A stretch of DNA of 64,000 nt from Polyangia bacterium (GTDB taxonomy: Bacteria; Myxococcota_A; Polyangia; JAHFDS01; DATFWX01): assembly GCA_035258845.1 (NCBI GenBank), contig DATFWX010000218.1:17354-81353 (forward strand), given 5' to 3'. This document shows, piece by piece, positions 55,140-64,000 of this stretch. The notes under the pieces were generated by a model that saw only the letters and a list, made by a program, of their open reading frames with translations, had not been told where the DNA came from and searched no databases. Within the stretch, counting starts at the first letter, position 1. Every line of letters starts with the position of its first letter. The position numbers and the translations under genes were made by a program.

Positions 55140-57105
55140 GCGCGCCCAGCACGACCAGGAGCGCGCGCGCGTCCCCCCCGGAGCCGGCCCGGCCGAGCGT
55201 GCAGCCGCAGCCGCCCGCAGCCTCGCCGCCCGCGCGATTGCCCCCGCTGCCCCCGCCGCCGCTGCCCGCGTTGCCCCCGCTGCCGCCACTTCCGCCCGCA
55301 CCCGCCGCGCCGCCGCCGCCTCCGCTGCCGCCGCTTCCTCCGCTGCCGCCGCCGCCAGGCGTGCAGCCGACCGGCTCGTTCGATTCGTCCGTGCCCTCGG
55401 GGCGGGGTCCATAGATCGGAAGCGGGCAGCCGACCTCGAATGCGCCCAGGTCGGGAGCGGCGCCGGTGAAGCCGTCATTGATGTTGGGCAGCACGGTGCC
55501 GTGATCGATCGCGTCGGACCCGGGCGCCAGCGTCACATCCTGCGGGGTCAGCATGATTTGATAGGTAGCCGGTGGCCCCAGGCCATTTGCAAACGCCTGC
55601 GCGCCCACGACCCGGCCGTGCATCTCCAGCCCCGCCGCCTGCACGGCCGCAAAATTTGCAAAGGTCTGATAAGTCCCGCCGATTGCGTACGAGAAGCGGG
55701 CGTCGGGGAAGTAGCCGTTCCAGTCGAACCGGCCGTCGTCGATGCCGCCGGTCCAGTCGACCGTGCGCATGGCGTCGGGTGCGGCGGGGCCGTAAAAGAG
55801 GTTGTTCCCGAGTGCAAAATGGTGGCTGGTTGCGGAGGTCTGCAGGCTCAGCGCATGCGCGGGGCTCACGAAGGTGTTGTGGTAAACCAGCATTCCGCTC
55901 GGCTCTTCCGGCGGCGTGCCGCCGAGCGCGTGGAACTTGAGCTGCTCGTTGGCCACGTTGACCACCACGTTGCGAATCGCATAGGCCGGGCCGCCGAAGA
56001 TGGGCTGAAAGCTGAGGGTGGCGTAGGTGTTCGTGAACCGATTTCGAAACGCGCGGGTGTTGCCTTCCGAGCCGTCGAGCTCGAGGCCGTTGTCATAGCT
56101 CCACAGCACCTCGTTGCCGTAAAAATCGACCGCGCGTGCGCCGTCCTGCTCGGTTTTCATGGCGTCGCCGAAGCCGGACAGGCGGTTGTGGCACACCACG
56201 TGGCCAAATCCTTCGACATGAATGCCGTCGTCGTTGGCGTGGGCTCCGCCGTCGCTCGTATACACGAGCGGCCACCCCAGAGTGGGCCCGACCAGGCGGC
56301 CCTCGAGCACGTTGTCACACAGATAGAAGTCGAGCTGGTTCGGCTGCGAGCCCACGCCCAGCGTCACGTCGTGGACGTGCACGCGCCGGACCACGTTGCC
56401 CTGCGTGCCCGGGCCCTGGAAGCGCAGCGCGCGCGACGCGTTGCGGATGCTCAGGCGCTCGAGATGCACGAAGCTGCCGTAGATCTCGACCACGTTGCAG
56501 CCCGTGCAGCCCATGCCGTCGAGGATGGTGCCGTCCATGCTGGCACCGCGGATCACGATCGGGTTTTGTGCGGTTCCGCTGGCGCTCGCGTCGAGCGTGA
56601 AGGGGCCGGCGTAGGTGCCGTCGGCGAGCGCGATCACGTCGCCCGGCTGGGCGGCTGCGAGCGCGGTGCGCAGCGCGGCCGCATCGCCGACCGGGACCAT
56701 GCGAGGCGTGGCCGGGTCGCCGGGCACGGCGCGCGTGGAGCCGCTCAGCAGCAGGCGCTGATCGACCGCGCCGTCGGGATCGACCGCGCGCAGCTCGATC
56801 TCGTAGCTTTGTGCCGGCTTGAGATCGAAGATCGAGCCGGCGAACTGGGCGGGCGGGATGTGGCCGACCACCGTGGAGCGAACGCGCAGAAGCGGCAGCG
56901 CGTCGTGCCAGGCGTTCTCGCCCACGCGGCGATAGCGCGCGGTCACGGTCGCATTGAAGTTGTCGTCGCCCGCGATGAAAAGTTGCACGCCCAGCGTCAC
57001 CACCGTCGGGCGATCGAGCTGCGCCATCTGCACGTGCAGCACATCATCGGCGCGCGCGAGGCCCACGCCGCTAAGCAGCAGCGAGAGAGCCCAGACAGCC
57101 CGCAT
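55015..57105 (-). CDS. secreted right-handed beta-helix (pectate-lyase-like fold) protein with Gly-rich linker and MYXO-CTERM-like tail
   Basis: Signal peptide. Parallel beta-helix repeat signatures (NVVRRVHVHDV.., IHVEGFGHVVCHNRL..). (GGSGGSGG)n linker. C-terminal GGCGCTLG..ALLVVLGALTLWAARRRTRRG followed by about 28 extra residues. Confidence 0.7.
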   Translation of the reverse strand: MRAVWALSLLLSGVGLARADDVLHVQMAQLDRPTVVTLGVQLFIAGDDNFNATVTARYRRVGENAWHDALPLLRVRSTVVGHIPPAQFAGSIFDLKPAQSYEIELRAVDPDGAVDQRLLLSGSTRAVPGDPATPRMVPVGDAAALRTALAAAQPGDVIALADGTYAGPFTLDASASGTAQNPIVIRGASMDGTILDGMGCTGCNVVEIYGSFVHLERLSIRNASRALRFQGPGTQGNVVRRVHVHDVTLGVGSQPNQLDFYLCDNVLEGRLVGPTLGWPLVYTSDGGAHANDDGIHVEGFGHVVCHNRLSGFGDAMKTEQDGARAVDFYGNEVLWSYDNGLELDGSEGNTRAFRNRFTNTYATLSFQPIFGGPAYAIRNVVVNVANEQLKFHALGGTPPEEPSGMLVYHNTFVSPAHALSLQTSATSHHFALGNNLFYGPAAPDAMRTVDWTGGIDDGRFDWNGYFPDARFSYAIGGTYQTFANFAAVQAAGLEMHGRVVGAQAFANGLGPPATYQIMLTPQDVTLAPGSDAIDHGTVLPNINDGFTGAAPDLGAFEVGCPLPIYGPRPEGTDESNEPVGCTPGGGGSGGSGGSGGGGGAAGAGGSGGSGGNAGSGGGGSGGNRAGGEAAGGCGCTLGRAGSGGDARALLVVLGALTLWAARRRTRRGWATRRPVGPSRNRSLPGCIFRARPRAPR

Positions 57106-57368
57106 GGCGCCATCATAGAGCGTCAGGGCGTTTCCTGGAACCTGCGCACTGCCTCCAGCGCGTTCGGCCGCACGTTGCCGAACACGGCCAGCTGGTTGCC
57201 GCTCGGGTCGGCAACCGTGAAGCAGGGACCATCCTCGACGAAGCGACTGCTGCCCATATAAAGGTACTTGAGCATGCCGAGCGGATGCATCCGGTTAGGC
57301 GGTCTGACCCGGCCCTGGGCGGCAAGCTCGAGGTAGCGCGCGCCGCGCCGAGGTGTTATGGGCTAGAC

Positions 57369-59117
57369 ATGCGCATCGCGCTTCACCTGCGGCTCGCCGC
57401 CACCTACGTGGCCGTGTCGGCGCTTGCGCTGGGCATCGGCGGGGGGCTGGTCGAGCATCGGGTGGCCGACCAGGTGCGGGACCAGATCGCTCAGCGGCTG
57501 CGCCAGCAGGCACGCTTTTTGGCGAGCGAGCTCGAGCACAGCGCTCCCGACGCCGCCGACGCCGACGCGTGGGCGGATGCGCGCGGGGCCCTGGCGGGCG
57601 CGCGGGTCACCTTGATTGCCGAAGACGGCCGCGTGCTCGGCGACTCCAGCCTGAGCCCCCAAGAAGTGCGGGCGATCGAGAATCACGGCACGCGGCCCGA
57701 GGTCGTGCAGGCGCGCGCCAGCGGGTTCGGCGAGTCCATGCGTTTTTCGTCCACGCTCGGGCAGGACCTCTTGTACGTGGCGGCGCGCTACCCGGGCGGG
57801 GTGGTGCGCGTCTCCATGCCGCTCGATCGGGTCACGCGCGCGGTGACGGCCGTGCGGGGCACGCTGGCGGCGGCGCTGGTGCTGGCGCTCGCGGCCTCGC
57901 TCGTCATCGCGTACCTGACCGCGCGACTGGTCACGCGGCCGGTCGAGGAGCTGACCGCGACCGCCCGCCAGATGGCCCAGGGCCGCTTCGAGCGCAAGCT
58001 CAGCCGGCACGCCAACGACGAGCTGCGCGACCTGGCCGAGGCCATGAATCAGCTGGCGACCGACCTGGATGCGCACATGACCAGCCTGCGCGACGAGGGG
58101 GCACGGCTGCGCGCGGTCCTGGACGGCATGGCCGAGGGCGTGATGGTGACCGATCACGACGGCCGCATCGCGCTCTGGAACGACGCCTTCGGGCGCCTGT
58201 TCCAGGGCATCTCGCCGGCCGGCCGGCTGCCCATCGAGGTGGTGCGCTCGGCGGCCCTGCAGGATGCGCTGGCCGAGGCTGCGCGCGAGCCGGCGCCGGT
58301 CGCGCGCGAGGTCACGCTCGGCGAGCGCACGTTCATCGTGCGGCTGGCGCGCATCCAGCGCGAGGTGGGACCGAGCGAGCGCATCGTGGCCGTGTTCAAC
58401 GAGGTGACCGAGCTGCGGCGTGCCGAGCGCATGCGCCGGGACTTCGTGGCCAACGCCTCGCACGAGCTGCGCACGCCCATCGCGACGGTGCGAGCGGCCG
58501 CCGAGACGCTCCTGGGCGCCGGTGACGCGCTGCCACCCGAGCTGCGCCGCTTCGCCGACATGATCCACCGGCAGTCCGAGCGCATGGGCCGGCTGGTCGA
58601 CGACATGCTGCGATTGTCGGAGCTGGAGTCGTCGTATCGACCCAGCCCGCAGTCGGTCGACCTGGCCCAGCTGGCGGATCAGGTGGTGGCGGCAGCGCGG
58701 GCTCGTCTGGGCGAGCGCGCGCCGCGGCTCGAGCTGGCCATCGAAAACGGTGTGCGGGCGTGGGCCGACCCGGCGGCGGTCGAGCAGATCCTGACCAACC
58801 TGGTCGACAACGCGTGCAAGCACACGCCGGAGGGCGGGCAGGTGTCCGTGCGGGCGCGCGGCGATGCCACCCGGGTGGTGCTGGAGGTGGCCGACACCGG
58901 ACCCGGCATTGCGCGCGAGCACCTGCCGCGCGTGTTCGAGCGCTTCTACCGGATTGATCCGGGTCGGGCGCGCGAGCAGGGCGGCGCCGGCCTCGGGCTG
59001 GCCATCGTCAAGCACCTGACGGTGGCCAATCGGGGCGAGGTGGCGGTCGACAGTCAGATTGGAAAGGGATCCGTGTTTTTGGTGCGACTGCCGGCGGCAA
59101 AGGCGGCGCGCCGCTAG
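57369..59117 (+). CDS. sensor histidine kinase (TM-HAMP-PAS-HisKA-HATPase)
   Basis: Two TM helices flanking a periplasmic loop. HAMP. PAS-like segment. H-box ASHELRTPI. N, G1 and G2 boxes (DNACKHTP, DTGPGI, GGAGLGLAI). Start trimmed to MRIALHLRL. Confidence 0.85.
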   Translation: MRIALHLRLAATYVAVSALALGIGGGLVEHRVADQVRDQIAQRLRQQARFLASELEHSAPDAADADAWADARGALAGARVTLIAEDGRVLGDSSLSPQEVRAIENHGTRPEVVQARASGFGESMRFSSTLGQDLLYVAARYPGGVVRVSMPLDRVTRAVTAVRGTLAAALVLALAASLVIAYLTARLVTRPVEELTATARQMAQGRFERKLSRHANDELRDLAEAMNQLATDLDAHMTSLRDEGARLRAVLDGMAEGVMVTDHDGRIALWNDAFGRLFQGISPAGRLPIEVVRSAALQDALAEAAREPAPVAREVTLGERTFIVRLARIQREVGPSERIVAVFNEVTELRRAERMRRDFVANASHELRTPIATVRAAAETLLGAGDALPPELRRFADMIHRQSERMGRLVDDMLRLSELESSYRPSPQSVDLAQLADQVVAAARARLGERAPRLELAIENGVRAWADPAAVEQILTNLVDNACKHTPEGGQVSVRARGDATRVVLEVADTGPGIAREHLPRVFERFYRIDPGRAREQGGAGLGLAIVKHLTVANRGEVAVDSQIGKGSVFLVRLPAAKAARR

Positions 59118-59118
59118 G

Positions 59119-59487
59119 CTACGCGCGTCCGGCCGGGTCCAGATCGGCCAGCCCCACCGGCTCCGGCGGCGGCTCCCGGTCCAGCTCGTCGCCATCCGCG
59201 TCGTCACGTGCAACGAATTGGTCGGCAATCAGGGCCACCCGCTCGCGGATGTCGGGATGGATGTCGCGGGCCCGGAACTCGCCGGGCTCGACCGCCGTCC
59301 ACTCGATCCAGATGGCGACCTTGGCGGCCAACCGCTCGAGCGAGCGCACGTTCGCGGGCGCGTCGTCGCGGCCCGGCGGGCCGCCGTGCGACTCCAACAG
59401 GTTGCCCAGCCGGTCGAGCTTCAGCACCGGGCATCCGAGCGAATCGGTGATCAGCACGTTCCGGCCGCGCCATGGCTTGAGCCTCAT
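59119..59487 (-). CDS. hypothetical protein
   Basis: 122-aa ORF convergent with the histidine kinase. No motif. The coding call is tentative. Confidence 0.3.
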   Translation of the reverse strand: MRLKPWRGRNVLITDSLGCPVLKLDRLGNLLESHGGPPGRDDAPANVRSLERLAAKVAIWIEWTAVEPGEFRARDIHPDIRERVALIADQFVARDDADGDELDREPPPEPVGLADLDPAGRA

Positions 59488-59570
59488 CGTGACCTCCCAC
59501 CTTCACAGATAAGCCAGTCACGCGCCCGCGCGGGCAACGATCTGCCGAATTCTTGGTAACAGTTCACCCC

Positions 59571-60287
59571 TCACCCACCCGCGGGCTGAAAGCGATACCC
59601 GAGGCCGCGCACGGTCTGGATGTAGGCCCCGGCCGGTCCCAGCTTTCGCCGCAGCCGCTTGATGCGCGAGTCAATCGCACGGCCGGACAGTGGCACTGCC
59701 CGTTTGGCCTGCACCTTGAGCGCGAGCACCTTGCGCGATAGCACCTCACCGGGCTGATTGAGCAGGAGCAGCAAGAGCCGGAACTCGAGCGCGGACAGGC
59801 GCACCGGCTGGCCCGCCACCAGCACCCGAAAGCCTTCCGGGTCGACCTGCAGCTCGCCCACGCGGCGCGCGCCCGGGGCCTTGGCGGTGGGCTCGGGTCG
59901 CACCTCGCTCAAACGGGCCCGCACGCGCAAGAGCAGCTCGCGCACGCTGAACGGCTTGGTGATGTAATCATCGGCCCCGCTCTCGAAGCCGCGCACCCGG
60001 TCCGACTCCTCGCACAGCGCGCTCTCGATGATGATGGGCGTGCGGACGAAGCGGCGATCACCACGCAGCTCACGGCACAGATCCAGGCCCGAGACCCCCG
60101 GCAGCGCCGCCTCGGTCAGGACCAGCGAAGGCAGCCACTCGTTCGCAATCGCCAGCGCGCGCGCGACCGTGTCGGCTTCCAAGACTCGATAGCCCTCGTT
60201 GCGCAGCGAGGCCCCGAGCAGGCGCAGGATCTCCGGGTCCTGGTCGACCAGCAGGATGCGATGATCGGACGGGCGAAACAAACGCAT
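59571..60287 (-). CDS. OmpR/PhoB-family response regulator with Glu at the phospho-acceptor position
   Basis: Receiver plus winged-helix. LVDQD acidic pocket and ITKPF Lys are conserved, but the usual LxxDxxMP is LVLTEAALPG (Asp replaced by Glu). Confidence 0.8.
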   Translation of the reverse strand: MRLFRPSDHRILLVDQDPEILRLLGASLRNEGYRVLEADTVARALAIANEWLPSLVLTEAALPGVSGLDLCRELRGDRRFVRTPIIIESALCEESDRVRGFESGADDYITKPFSVRELLLRVRARLSEVRPEPTAKAPGARRVGELQVDPEGFRVLVAGQPVRLSALEFRLLLLLLNQPGEVLSRKVLALKVQAKRAVPLSGRAIDSRIKRLRRKLGPAGAYIQTVRGLGYRFQPAGG

Positions 60288-60518
60288 CTTGGGCACCGAC
60301 GCCCACACACCCTATCTCCGAGCGATGGGAGTTCGGTTACGAGCGGGTGACAGTTTCGCGAACTTGCAACCGATTGATGCTGTACACAGGAATCACCAGT
60401 TCCCTTTCAGGCGATTCACAAGCCATGAACAGAGCGCCCGGTGTCAAAAATTTGCGAAGTGTTCACGGTCATGTTGCCATGATGCAGCGAGGCTTGGGCA
60501 TACTGGGAGACCGAAGCG

Positions 60519-60956
60519 ATGGCAGCAGCTCCCCGTTTATTTGCGATCGCGCCGGCCGGAAAGTGGATCTCCGCGGGTGGAGTGGTGTTCGATCAAAAGG
60601 GGCGGATCGCTCTGGTGCGGCAGTGGGACCGTTCCAGCCGGCTGCGCTGGACCCTGCCCAAAGGCCGGCTCGATCCCGGCGAGACGCTCACGGCGGCGGC
60701 GCTGCGCGAGGTGTACGAAGAGGCCGGGGTGCGCGTGCGCATCACGTCCTATCTGGGCCGCTACAAGGGCAAACGCCACTTCACGCACTACTTCCGAATG
60801 CTTTTGGTGCGCGACGATGGCTGTCACGACACCAGCGAGACCGCGGAGGTGCGCTTCGTCAAGCCGGCCAAGGCACGCCGGCTGATGCGCTCGCGCCGCG
60901 ACCGGACCGTGCTCGAGTGGGCGCAGGCGGTCAGTGCGCAAGCGCGCGCAGCCTGA
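60519..60956 (+). CDS. NUDIX hydrolase
   Basis: Nudix box GRLDPGETLTAAALREVYEEAGV. Confidence 0.75.
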   Translation: MAAAPRLFAIAPAGKWISAGGVVFDQKGRIALVRQWDRSSRLRWTLPKGRLDPGETLTAAALREVYEEAGVRVRITSYLGRYKGKRHFTHYFRMLLVRDDGCHDTSETAEVRFVKPAKARRLMRSRRDRTVLEWAQAVSAQARAA

Positions 60957-62379
60957 GCTCGGGCTCCTCGGTCACCTCGCGCACCAGGTACGGGGCCAGC
61001 CAGTCGGGCACCTCCAGAGCGGCTGCATCCACGAGCGGCCGCGCAACCGCCAGGCATAGCTCGCGATCGCGCAGCTTGCGGATGTCCCAGCTGGCGGCGT
61101 CCTGGCCGATCGCATAGCTTTGGAAGCGCACTCGCCGGCCCGCGGTCAGCGGCCACAGCGCACGAAAAACCGGGCTTTCAATGGGCTCGACAACCGCACC
61201 GTCGCGCGCGCGCACGATGCGCTGACAGCGCTCGCCGGCCGGCTCGCTCACGCGGCGCACCTGCTCCTCGATGGTCTGTCCGGGCAAGAAGCCCACTTCG
61301 ATCTCGACCGGCTCGGCGGCGGCTGCACGCTCGGGCAGGGCGCGCAGAAGGTAGATGCGCGCGCCCGTTTCGTCGTCGCCGCCGGAAGCGGCCAGGCGAT
61401 ACGCGATCTGGCGCAGCTCGGCAAAAAGCGCGTCGCCACGCCCGGCCAAAAAGTGCGCCTCCAGATCGCCAAACCGCTTGTCGCGGCGCTGTTTGACCAA
61501 CCGCGCCAGCGCGAGCAGCCCCGGGCGGGCGTCGCTCCCTGTGCGCGCGTCCGTGGGCGAGTCCGCAACCGCGAGGTCGTGCACCTGACGGGCGCGCTCG
61601 GCGGCCGCCTCCTCCACGGCCGGTCGGATCTGGTCGGCCAGCACCACCGCGTCGTGCAGGTCGCCCAGCACCTCCTGGAGCTGCTTCATGTGGGCGATGG
61701 CGGCCGCGCACGCGGGCACCTGGGCGCGCAGGGGCTCGAGCAGGTAACGCAGCCGTTTGGCGCTGATGCGGGCTTGATGGGCTTCGGTCTCGTCGGCCGG
61801 CGAGCGGACGTGTTGCAGGTGATCCTCGAGATCGGCCACGTGAGTGTGCACAAGCTCGGCGGTGACCTGTGCAAAGCTGCGCAGGGCGGTCGCGTGATCG
61901 CGGCGCACCGGCGCCTGATAGACCGACAGGCGTCGCGTGAGGCGCCGGCGCAGGTGGGCAAACTCGGCCGCCACCTGGCCGCGGATGTGCCGGTATGCGT
62001 CCTGGCGGCGCTGCTCCAGCCGGTCCACCAGCCAGCGCAGGCCGGGCCGCTGGCGCGGATTGAGCTTTTTCTTGTGGGCGGTCTTGGCCAGCCACTCGAG
62101 CTGCACCTCGGTGTCGCGCCCCACGGTGGTGGCGGCCGCGAGCTCGCGCAGCTGGCGCCGCAGCTTCTTGGGCAGGCTGCGCCGGAGGTAGGGCCGGTAG
62201 GCGCGCAGCGAGCTGCGCAGGCGCCGCAGGGCGACCCGAAAGTCGTGCAGGGCCTCGGCGTCGTCGGGATCGGCCAATCGGCGCAGCCCCTCGGCGGCCG
62301 CGTCGAGATGGTCGAGCGCGATCAGGCGCGCCGCCTCTTCGGCGGGTCGGCCCAAAAGGTCATGCGTTGCGGTCGTCAT
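60931..62379 (-). CDS. CHAD-domain protein
   Basis: CHAD signature helices with conserved His (ALHDFRVALRRLRSSLRAY, ..TEAHQARISAKRLRYLLEPL). Start at MTTATHDLL overlaps the sixA-like stop (TGATG). Confidence 0.65.
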   Translation of the reverse strand: MTTATHDLLGRPAEEAARLIALDHLDAAAEGLRRLADPDDAEALHDFRVALRRLRSSLRAYRPYLRRSLPKKLRRQLRELAAATTVGRDTEVQLEWLAKTAHKKKLNPRQRPGLRWLVDRLEQRRQDAYRHIRGQVAAEFAHLRRRLTRRLSVYQAPVRRDHATALRSFAQVTAELVHTHVADLEDHLQHVRSPADETEAHQARISAKRLRYLLEPLRAQVPACAAAIAHMKQLQEVLGDLHDAVVLADQIRPAVEEAAAERARQVHDLAVADSPTDARTGSDARPGLLALARLVKQRRDKRFGDLEAHFLAGRGDALFAELRQIAYRLAASGGDDETGARIYLLRALPERAAAAEPVEIEVGFLPGQTIEEQVRRVSEPAGERCQRIVRARDGAVVEPIESPVFRALWPLTAGRRVRFQSYAIGQDAASWDIRKLRDRELCLAVARPLVDAAALEVPDWLAPYLVREVTEEPELRLRALAH

Positions 62380-62885
62380 CAGCCGCCCAGCTTGCGCAGC
62401 TGCGCCGGCGTGAGCGCGCAGCGCAGCCGGGCCGCGCCCGCGCGTCCGCCCTCGGGCAGGTCCAAAAGGCAGGCGCCTCCTTTTTTCAAAATCAGAAAGC
62501 CGCTCGCGCCACCGGTCAGGAGCAGCCCGATCAGGCGCGACAGATGCGGCTCGTGGCCGACGACCGCCAGATTGGCGCTCGCCTTCTGTTTGCCCAGCCA
62601 CTCCAGCAGCTGGGCCGGATCGCGCTCGGGCTCCAGGGCCTCCAGCTCGACCGGCGTCCCCGTGCCGAGCACGTCCGCGACGACGTCGGCGGTCTGACGG
62701 GCGCGGACCAGCGGGCTCGACGCGAGCAGGTCGAGCGCAGGTGCGATCTCGCGCAGGCCGCGGGCCGCGCGCGCCATCTTTTTCTTGCCGGCCCGGGTCA
62801 ACGGACGGAGCCCGTCGTCCTGACCGGTGGTTGCAAACACCTCGCGGTCCTCCGCAATCGCGTGGCGAATCACCAGCAGCTTCAT
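62379..62885 (-). CDS. sixA: histidine phosphatase family protein (SixA-like phosphohistidine phosphatase)
   Basis: N-terminal LVIRHAIAE (RHG-like catalytic His), a downstream RAG motif and GHEP segment, consistent with the SixA branch of the PGM/histidine phosphatase superfamily. Confidence 0.65.
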   Translation of the reverse strand: MKLLVIRHAIAEDREVFATTGQDDGLRPLTRAGKKKMARAARGLREIAPALDLLASSPLVRARQTADVVADVLGTGTPVELEALEPERDPAQLLEWLGKQKASANLAVVGHEPHLSRLIGLLLTGGASGFLILKKGGACLLDLPEGGRAGAARLRCALTPAQLRKLGG

Positions 62886-62927
62886 GGGATGCTCCGGGGA
62901 CAGATCTACCGCAACCGGAGCGGGTTT

Positions 62928-63143
62928 TCACGCCCCGCGCAAGCGCGCCGGGTCGCCATGGAAACGGCTGGCGATCTGCTCGAGGGCAGCCTTGGCCTCC
63001 GCGAGAGTATCGAAGGGGCCCAGCGACAGCTCACCCAGCGCCTGCGAGGTGTAGGCGCGCCAGCGCCGGTCACGCGTCGCCAGGATGACGCCGATCTCGT
63101 CCAGCACATGGGCGCCGTCGGGCAACACGACCCACTTCGGCAT
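62928..63143 (-). CDS. small hypothetical protein
   Basis: 71 aa from MPKWVVLPDG.... The longer ORF was trimmed. Weak support. Confidence 0.25.
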   Translation of the reverse strand: MPKWVVLPDGAHVLDEIGVILATRDRRWRAYTSQALGELSLGPFDTLAEAKAALEQIASRFHGDPARLRGA

Positions 63144-63205
63144 GCCCTTTTGGGATAGCCGGCGGCTCGGGTCCAGGCCGCAACAAATCTGTGACAATTG
63201 TGCGA

Positions 63206-63430
63206 CTATCGCGTGCCGGATGGAGCTTGTGGGGCCGCGCGCCGACCGCGCTGCTTCTCGGCGCGCAGATAGAGCCAGCCGCAGTGCGCGCAACTGCGCG
63301 CGCGCACGGTGACCGTGAAGACCATCCCGGTTACGCCCTCCACCGCTGGGAGATCGCGACCGCATCTGCCGCATTTCATGCCGACCACCATCCCCGATCG
63401 TACGCGCGTAGCCAAGCGAACTTCCTGCAA
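63206..63430 (-). CDS. small zinc-ribbon-like protein (hypothetical)
   Basis: CGRCG ... CAHCG pair of CxxC motifs within about 50 aa. Weak support. Confidence 0.25.
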   Translation of the reverse strand: MQEVRLATRVRSGMVVGMKCGRCGRDLPAVEGVTGMVFTVTVRARSCAHCGWLYLRAEKQRGRRAAPQAPSGTR

Positions 63431-63533
63431 ATTCGCAGTGACGTCCCTGTCGATTGATCATTTGCCAACAACTTTCGAAGAGTTTTCTGGTTTGCGGCCA
63501 TGCTGTCACTGTGGCCGTTCACAATTGTCAGCA

Positions 63534-64000
63534 ATGATGAGCACAATCAGTTTGGCTCTGCTTGTCCTGGCAGCGGGCGGCTTTGCCCTTTTGGCCGTGC
63601 AGCTGGCGGCGCTGGTGGAGCACATGCGGCAGCCGGTTCCCAAGCTCGCGCACTCAGCGCCCATCTCGATCCTCAAGCCGCTCTGCGGCCTCGACGACAA
63701 TCTGGCCGCCAACCTGGAGAGCTTCGCGAGCCTGGCCTACCCCACCTACGAGGTGCTGCTCGGGGTCAAAGATACGCGCGACCTGGCCTATCCGCTCGCG
63801 CGCTCGATGGCCACCCGCTACCCGGGCCTGATGCGCCTGGTTCTGCAGCAGGGCGAGCCCGGCCTCAATCCGAAGGTGAATCAACTGATGACGCTGGCCG
63901 CGGCCGCGCGCTACGACACTCTGGTCGTCAGCGACTCCAACGTTCGGGTCGCGCCCAGCTACCTGGCCGAGATCGCCGCGCACCTGGCCGACCCCGAAGT
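63534..64000 (+). CDS. family-2 glycosyltransferase (ceramide glucosyltransferase / HpnI-like), 3'-truncated by window end
   Basis: Hand translation: MMSTISLALLVLAAGGFALLAVQ...PISILKPLCGLDDNLAANLESFASLAYPTYEVLLGV..GEPGLNPKVNQLM... This gives an N-terminal TM helix followed by the GT2 SILKPLxG..D motif. The frame runs past position 64000. Confidence 0.55.
   Translation, partial: MMSTISLALLVLAAGGFALLAVQLAALVEHMRQPVPKLAHSAPISILKPLCGLDDNLAANLESFASLAYPTYEVLLGVKDTRDLAYPLARSMATRYPGLMRLVLQQGEPGLNPKVNQLMTLAAAARYDTLVVSDSNVRVAPSYLAEIAAHLADPE

Noticed and set aside
1-64000. CRISPR arrays, rRNA genes, IS elements with terminal inverted repeats
   Set aside because: Scanned for regularly spaced direct repeats, rRNA-like conserved stretches and transposase motifs (DDE). 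None seen. The only mobile-element signal is the integrase remnant.

Overview
This is a high-GC window (roughly 70% by eye) on a single chromosome. It looks myxobacterial: two proteins carry MYXO-CTERM-like tails, there are several eukaryotic-like Ser/Thr kinases and an FHA protein, and three peptide genes sit behind sigma-54-type promoters. Taxonomy is inferred only.

Gene content from left to right:
- The 3' end of a tad/flp pilus locus: flp pilin, CpaA prepilin peptidase, TadE.
- A LysR regulator and an NHL-repeat lipoprotein.
- A secreted amidinotransferase-superfamily protein.
- A tandem array of double-glycine-leader peptide genes with sigma-54-like promoters. This array abuts a truncated phage-type integrase and a tRNA-Gly(CCC).
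- An ECF sigma / zinc-finger anti-sigma / caspase-domain protein / Cys-rich lipoprotein operon.
- A third, Gly/Trp-rich GG-leader peptide.
- Several secreted hypotheticals and a VWA lipoprotein.
- A czcCBA-type RND heavy-metal efflux operon.
- A secreted amidohydrolase, a di-heme cytochrome c peroxidase and a HExxH metallopeptidase.
- Two canonical Ser/Thr kinases, one fused to a TPR region and one to a PhnD/SsuA-like binding domain.
- A kbl-like glycine C-acetyltransferase.
- An auxiliary type VI secretion module: FHA, PAAR, a Tlde1-like L,D-transpeptidase-fold effector with a putative periplasmic immunity gene, TssM, TssL, a PpkA-like pseudokinase and VgrG. No sheath, baseplate or Hcp genes are in the window.
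- A MacB/FtsX permease, then a Kelch protein and a beta-helix protein, both with MYXO-CTERM-like tails.
- A PhoR-like histidine kinase and an OmpR-family response regulator with Glu at the phospho-acceptor position.
- A NUDIX-CHAD-SixA cluster and a partial GT2 glycosyltransferase at the right edge.

No rRNA or CRISPR was seen. Many long ORFs in the six-frame track are antisense or alternate-frame artefacts of the high GC content.
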